The notes under the pieces were generated by a model. The model was not told the DNA's origin. It saw only the letters and a program-made list of their open reading frames with translations, and made no database searches. From positions 130,056 to 194,055 of the forward strand of contig CAXHJY010000955.1 of assembly GCA_964016885.1 (NCBI GenBank): a stretch of DNA of 64,000 nt, given 5' to 3'. The position numbers and the translations under genes were made by a program. Below are positions 58,101 to 64,000 of the stretch, one piece after another (the stretch's first letter is position 1; the number at the start of each line of letters is the position of its first letter). This stretch comes from Eledone cirrhosa. Lineage: Eukaryota.

Positions 58101-61100
58101 GGGTATAGAAATATATTGGTGTAAAGTTGGAATAGAAATATATTGGTGTAAAGTTGGGAATAGAAATATATTGGAGTAAGGTTGAAATAGAAATATATTG
58201 GTGTAAAGTTGGGAATAGAAATATATTGGTGTAAAGTTGGGAATAGAAATATATTGGTGTAAAGTTGGAATAGAAATATATTGGTGTAAAGTTGGAATAG
58301 AAATATAATGGTGTAAAGTTGGGAATAGAAATATATTGGTGCAAAGTTGGGAATAGAAATATATTGGAGTAAAGTTGGGAATAGAAATATATTGGTGTAA
58401 AGTTGGGAATAGAAATATACTGGAGTAAAGTTGGGAATAGAAATATATTGGTGCAAAGTTGGAATAGAAATATATTGGTGTAAAGTTGGGAATAGAAATA
58501 TATTGGTGTAAAGTTGGGAATAGAAATATATTGGTGCAAAGTTGGAATAGAAATATATTGGTGTAAAGTTGGGAATAGAAATATATCGTAGTAAAGTTGG
58601 GAATAGAAATATACTGGTGCAAAGTTAAAATCGAAATATATTGGTGTAAAGTTGGAATAGAAATATATTGGTGTAAAGTTGGAATAGAAATATATTGGTG
58701 TAAAGTTGGGAATAGAAATATATTGGTGTAAAGATGGAATAGAAATATATTGGTGTAAAGTTGGGAATAGAAATATATTGGAGTAAGGTTGGAATAGAAA
58801 TATATTGGTGTAATGTTGGAATAGAAATATATTGGTGGAAAGTTGGGAATACAAATATATTGGTGTAAAGTTGGGAATAGAAATATATTGGTGTATAGTT
58901 GGAATAGAAATATATTGGTGTAAAGTTGGGAATAGAAATATATTGGTGTAAAGTTGGGAATAGAAATATTTTGGTGTAAAGTTGGGAATAGAAATATATT
59001 GCTGTAAAGTTGGGAATAGAAATATTTTGATGTAAAGTTGGGAATAGAAATATATTGGTGTAAAGTTGGGAATAGAAATATAATGGTGTAAAGTTGGAAT
59101 AGAAATATATTGGTGTAAAGTTGGAATAGAAATATATGGTGTAATGTTGGAATAGAAATACATTGGTGTAAAGATGGAATAGAAATATATTTGTGTAAAT
59201 TTGGAATAGAAATATATTGGTGTAAATTTGGGAATAGAAATATATTGGTGAAAAGTTGGAATAGAAATATATTGGTGTAAAGTTGGGAATAGAAATATAC
59301 TGGTGTAAAGTTGTGAATAGAAACATATTGGTGTAAAGTTGGGAATAGAAATATATTGGTGTAAAGTTGGGAATAGAAATATATTGATGTAAAGTTGGAA
59401 TAGAAATATATTGGTGTAAAGTTGGATTAGAAATATATTGGAGTAAAGTTGGAATAGAAATATATTGGAGTAAAGTTGGAATAGAAATATATTGGTGTAA
59501 AGTTGGAATAGAAATATATTGGTGTAAAGTTGGGAATAGAAATTTATTGGTGTAAAGTTGGAATAGAAATATATTGGTGTAAAGTTGGAACAGAAATATA
59601 TTGGTGTAAAGTTTGAATAAAAATATATTGGTGTAAAGTTGGGAATAGAAATATGTTGGTGTAAAGTTGGAATAGAAATATATGGTGTAAAGTGGGAATA
59701 GAAATATATTGGTGTAAAGTTGGAATAGAAATATATTGGTGTAAAGTTGGAATAGAAATATATTGGTGTAAAGTTGAGAATAGAAATATATTGGTGTAAA
59801 GTTGGAATAGAAATATATTGGTGTAAAGTTGGTATAGAAATATATTGGTGTAAAGTTGGAATAGAAATAAATGGTGTAAAGTTGGAATAGAAATATATTG
59901 GTGTAAAATTGGAATACAAATATATTGGTGTAAAGTTGGAATAGAAATATATATGTGTAAAGTTGGGAATAGAAATATATTGGTGTAAATTTGGGAATAG
60001 AAATATATTGGTGTAAAGTTGGAATAGAAATATATTGGAGTAAAGTTGGGAATAGAAATATATTGGTGTAAAGTTGGAATAGAAATATATTGGTGTAAAG
60101 TTGGAATAGAAATATATTGGTGTAAAGTTGGAATAGAAATATATTGGTGTAACGTTGGAATAGAAATATATTGGTGTAAAGTTGGAATAGAAATATATTG
60201 GTGTAAAGTTGCAATAGAAATATATTGGTGTAAATTTGGAAAATAGAAATATATTGGTGTAAAGTTGGGAATAGAAATACATTGGTGTAAAGTTGGAATA
60301 GAAATATATTGGTGTAAAGTTGGAATAGAAATATATTGGTGTAAAGTTGGATTAGAAATATATTGGAGTAAAGTTGGAATAGAAATATATTGGAGTAAAG
60401 TTGGAATAGAAATATATTGGTGTAAAGTTGGGAATAGAAATATATTGTAGTAAAGTTGGAATAGAAATATATTGTTGTAAAGTGGAATAGAAATATATTG
60501 GTGTAAAGTTGGAATAGAAATATATTGGTGTTAATTTGGGAATAGAAATATATTGGTGTAAAGTTGGAATAGAAATATATTGGTGTAAAGTTGGATTAGA
60601 AATATATTGGAGTAAAGTTGGAATAGAAATATATTGGAGTAACGTTGGAATAGAAATATATTGGTGTAAAGTTGGAATAGAAATATATTGGTGTAAAGTT
60701 GGAATAGAAATATATTGGTGTAAAGTTGGGAATAGAAATATATTGGTGTAAAGTTGGAATAGAAATATATTGGTGTAAAGTTGGAATAGAAATATATTGG
60801 AGTAACGTTGGAATAGAAATATATTGGTGTAAAGTTGGAATAGAAATAAATGATGTAAAGTTGGAATAGAAAAATATTGGTGTAAACTTGGAATATAAAT
60901 ATATTGGTGTAAATTTGGAATAGAAATATATTGGTGTAAAGTTGGTATAGAAATATATTGGTGTAAATTTGGAATAGAAATAAATGGTGTAAAGTTGGAA
61001 TAGAAATATATTGGTGTAAACTTGGAATATAAATATATTGGAGTAAAGTTGGAATAGAAATATATATGTGTAAAGTTGGGAATAGAAATATATTGGTGTA

Positions 61101-61700
61101 AATTTGGGAATAGAAATATATTGGTGTAAAGTTGGAATAGAAATATATTGGAGTAAAGTTGGGAATAGAAATATATTGGTGTAAAGTTGGAATAGAAATA
61201 TATTGGTGTAAAGTTGGAATAGAAATATATTGGTGTAAAGTTGGAAATAGAAATATATTGGTGTAAAGTTGGGAATAGAAATATATTGGTGTAAAGTTGG
61301 AAATAGAAATATATTGGTGTAAAGTTGGAATAGAAATATATTGGTGTAAAGTTGGGAATAGAAATATATTGGTGTAAAGTTGGAATAGAAATATATTGGT
61401 GTAAAGTTGGAATAGAAATATATTGGTGTAAAGTTGCAATAGAAATATATTGGTGTAAATTTGGAAAATAGAAATATATTGGTGTAAAGTTGGGAATAGA
61501 AATACATTGGTGTAAAGTTGGAATAGAAATATATTGGTGTAAAGTTGGAATAGAAATATATTGGTGTAAAGTTGGATTAGAAATATATTGGAGTAAAGTT
61601 GGAATAGACATATATTGGAGTAAAGTTGGAATAGAAATATATTGGTGTAAAGTTGGGAATAGAAATATATTGGAGTAAAGTTGGAATAGAAATATATTGG
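49130..61700 (+). repeat. Tandem duplication of a 6273-6274 bp unit; ends approximate
   Basis: ORF pairs 51167/57441, 52351/58625, 53772/60046 and 55216/61490 differ by 6274, and 49291/55564 by 6273. Shared rare variants include ATATCGTAGTAAAG, GTTAAAATCG, TAGACATAT and ATATCTTGG. Confidence 0.92.
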
Positions 61701-64000
61701 AGTAAAGTTGGAATAGAAATATATTGGTGTAAAGTTGGAATAGAAATATATTGGTGTAAAGTTGGAATAGAAATATATTGGTGTTAAGTTGGGAATAGAA
61801 ATATATTGGTGTAAAGTTGGAATAGAAATATATTGGTGTAAAGTTGGATTAGAAATATATTGGAGTAAAGTTGGGATAGAAATATATTGGAGTAAAGTTG
61901 GAATAGAAATATATCGGTGTAAAGTTGGAATAGAAATATATTGGTGTAAAGTTGGGAATAGAAATATATTGGTGTAAAGTTGGAATAGAAATATATTGGT
62001 GTAAAGTTGGAATAGAAATATATTGGTGTAAAGTTGAGAATAGAAATATATTGGTGTAAAGTTGGAATAGAAATATATTGGTGTAAAGTTGGGAATAGAA
62101 ATATATTAGTGTAAGGTTGGAATAGAAATATATTAGTGTAAAGTTAGGAATAGAAATATATTGGTGTAAAGTTGGAATAGAAATATATTGGTGTAAAGTT
62201 GGAATAGAAATATATTGGTGTAAAGTTGGTATAGAAATATATTGGTGTAAAGTTGGAATAGAAATAAATGATGTAAAGTTGGAATAGAAATATATTGGTG
62301 TAAACTTGGAATATAAATATATTGGTGTAAATTTGGAATAGAAATATATTGGTGTAAAGTTGGTATAGAAATATATTGGTGTAAAGTTGGAATAGAAATA
62401 AATGGTGTAAAGTTGGAATAGAAATATATTGTGTAAACTTGGAATATAAATATATTGGTGTAAAGTTGGAATAGAAATATATATGTGTAAAGTTGGGAAT
62501 AGAAATATATTGGTGTAAATTTGGGAATAGAAATATATTGGTGTAAAGTTGGAATAGAAATAAATTGGAGTAAAGTTGGGAATAGAAATATATTGGTGTA
62601 AAGTTGGAATAGAAATATATTGGTGTAAAGTTGGAATAGAAATATATTGGTGTAAAGTTGGAAATAGAAATATATTGGTGTAAAGTTGGAAATAGAAATA
62701 TATTGGTGTAAAGTTGGAATAGAAATATATTGGTGTAAAGTTGGGAATAGAAATATATTGGTGTAAAGTTGGAATAGAAATATATTGGTGTAAAGTTGGA
62801 ATAGAAATATATTGGTGTAAAGTTGCAATAGAAATATATTGGTGTAAATTTGGAAAATAGAAATATATTGGTGTAAAGTTGGGAATAGAAATACATTGGT
62901 GTAAAGTTGGAATAGAAATATATTGGTGTAAAGTTGGGAATAGAAATATATTGGTGTAAAGTTGGAATAGAAATATATTGGTGTAACGTTGGATTAGAAA
63001 TATATTGGAGTAAAGTTGGAATAGAAATATATTGGAGTAAAGTTGGAATAGAAATATATTGGTGTAAAGTTGGAATAGAAATATGTTGGTGTAAAGTTGT
63101 GAATAGAAATATATTGGTGTAAAGTTGGGAATAGAAATATATTGGTGTAAAGTTGGGAATAGAAATATATTGGTGTAAAGTTTGGGAATAGAAATATATT
63201 GGTGTAAAGTTGGAATAGAAATATATTGGTGTAAAGTTGGGAATAGAAATATATTGGTGTAAAGTTGGGAATAGAAATATACTGGTGTAAAGTTGGAATA
63301 GAAATATATTGGTGTAAAGTTGGAATAGAAATATATTGGAGTAAAGTTGGAATAGAAATATATTGGTGTAAAGTTAGAATAGAAATATATTGGTGTAAAG
63401 TTGGAATAGAAATATATCGGTGTAAAGTTGGAATAGAAATATATTGGTGTAAATTTGGAATAGAAATATATTGGAGTAAAGTTGGAATAGAAATATATTG
63501 GAGTAAATTTGGAATAGAAATATATTGGTGTAAAGTTGGAATAGAAATATATTGGAGTAAAGTTGGAATAGAAATATATTGGTGTAAAGTTGGAATAGAA
63601 ATATATTGGTGTAAAGTTGGGAATAGAAATATATTGGCGTAAAGTTGGGAATAAACATATATTGGCGTAAAGTTGGGAATAAAAATATATTGGTGTAAAG
63701 TTGGGAATAGAAATATATTGGTGTAAAGTTGGGAATAGAAATATATTGGTGTAAAGTTGGGAATAGAAATATATTGGTGTAAAGTTGGAATAGAAATATA
63801 TTGGTATAAAGTTGGGAATAGAAATATATTGGTGTAAAGTTGGAATAGAAATATATTGGTGTAAAGTTGGGAATAGAAATATATTGTTGTAAAGTTGGAA
63901 TAGAAATATATTGGTGTAAAGTTGGGAATAGAAATATATTGGTATAAAGTTGGGAATAGAAATATATTGGTGTAAAGTTGGAATAGAAATATATTGGTGT

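Larger units (their letters stand above)
1..64000 (+). repeat. Tandem satellite DNA array, 27/28-bp monomer GGAATAGAAATATATTGGTGTAAAGTT(G), running past both window ends
   Basis: The monomer repeats head-to-tail through the window in one orientation, with point variants (GGAGT, GGTGC, TATAATGG, TTGAAAT, AAATTT) and 1-bp indels. It is interrupted only by three 172-bp inserts. Confidence 0.99.

Noticed and set aside
53772-63642. Short plus-strand ORFs with GIEIYWCKV repeats
   Set aside because: They are runs of consecutive 27-bp monomers in the one open plus frame, with no independent coding evidence.
409-63658. Dozens of long minus-strand ORFs (up to 1572 aa) of PTLHQYISI/QLYTNIFLF/NFTPIYFYS repeats
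   Set aside because: The monomer has no stops in any minus frame, ORFs overlap in all frames, 28-mers shift frame constantly, many starts are non-ATG and variants show no codon-position bias. These are artefacts of satellite composition.
1-64000. CRISPR-like array (27-28 bp repeats)
   Set aside because: Repeats abut directly with no unique spacers, no leader and no cas genes.
1-64000. Human satellite II/III (GGAAT)n or canonical telomere repeat
   Set aside because: There is only one GGAAT per 27-28 bp with no pentamer periodicity, and no TTAGGG tandem run. The similarity is incidental.
1-64000. TATAAT variants as bacterial -10 boxes; G-quadruplex potential
   Set aside because: TATAAT is a one-base variant of the monomer in a eukaryotic satellite. 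GGG runs are at least 25 nt apart and often only GG, a poor fit to stable G4 motifs.

Overview
Almost the whole 64 kb is one head-to-tail tandem satellite array in a single orientation. Its monomer is GGAATAGAAATATATTGGTGTAAAGTT (27 bp) or the same with one extra G (28 bp), about 2,300 monomers, 26-29% GC, with no C on the + strand of the consensus. Diagnostic variant monomers show nested higher-order repeats and block duplications with periods or offsets of about 1125, 1428-1456, 1812, 1894, 3176, 4975, 6274, 7527 and 7705 bp. The only non-satellite DNA is a 172-bp element present in three identical copies (35398-35569, 43103-43274, 46279-46450). Each copy is flanked by an AATATAAT target-site duplication and carries Pol III A/B boxes on the minus strand, so it is a tRNA-derived SINE. 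From memory it resembles an abundant octopus SINE family; no search was run. Empty (pre-insertion) versions of the same site survive in the array, so one insertion was later copied by array duplication. I support no protein-coding gene: the long ORFs exist because the minus strand of the monomer has no stop codon in any frame. I found no evidence for a new enzymatic or CRISPR-like system. The interest lies in satellite evolution and a possible SINE-driven SINE-satellite read-through RNA.
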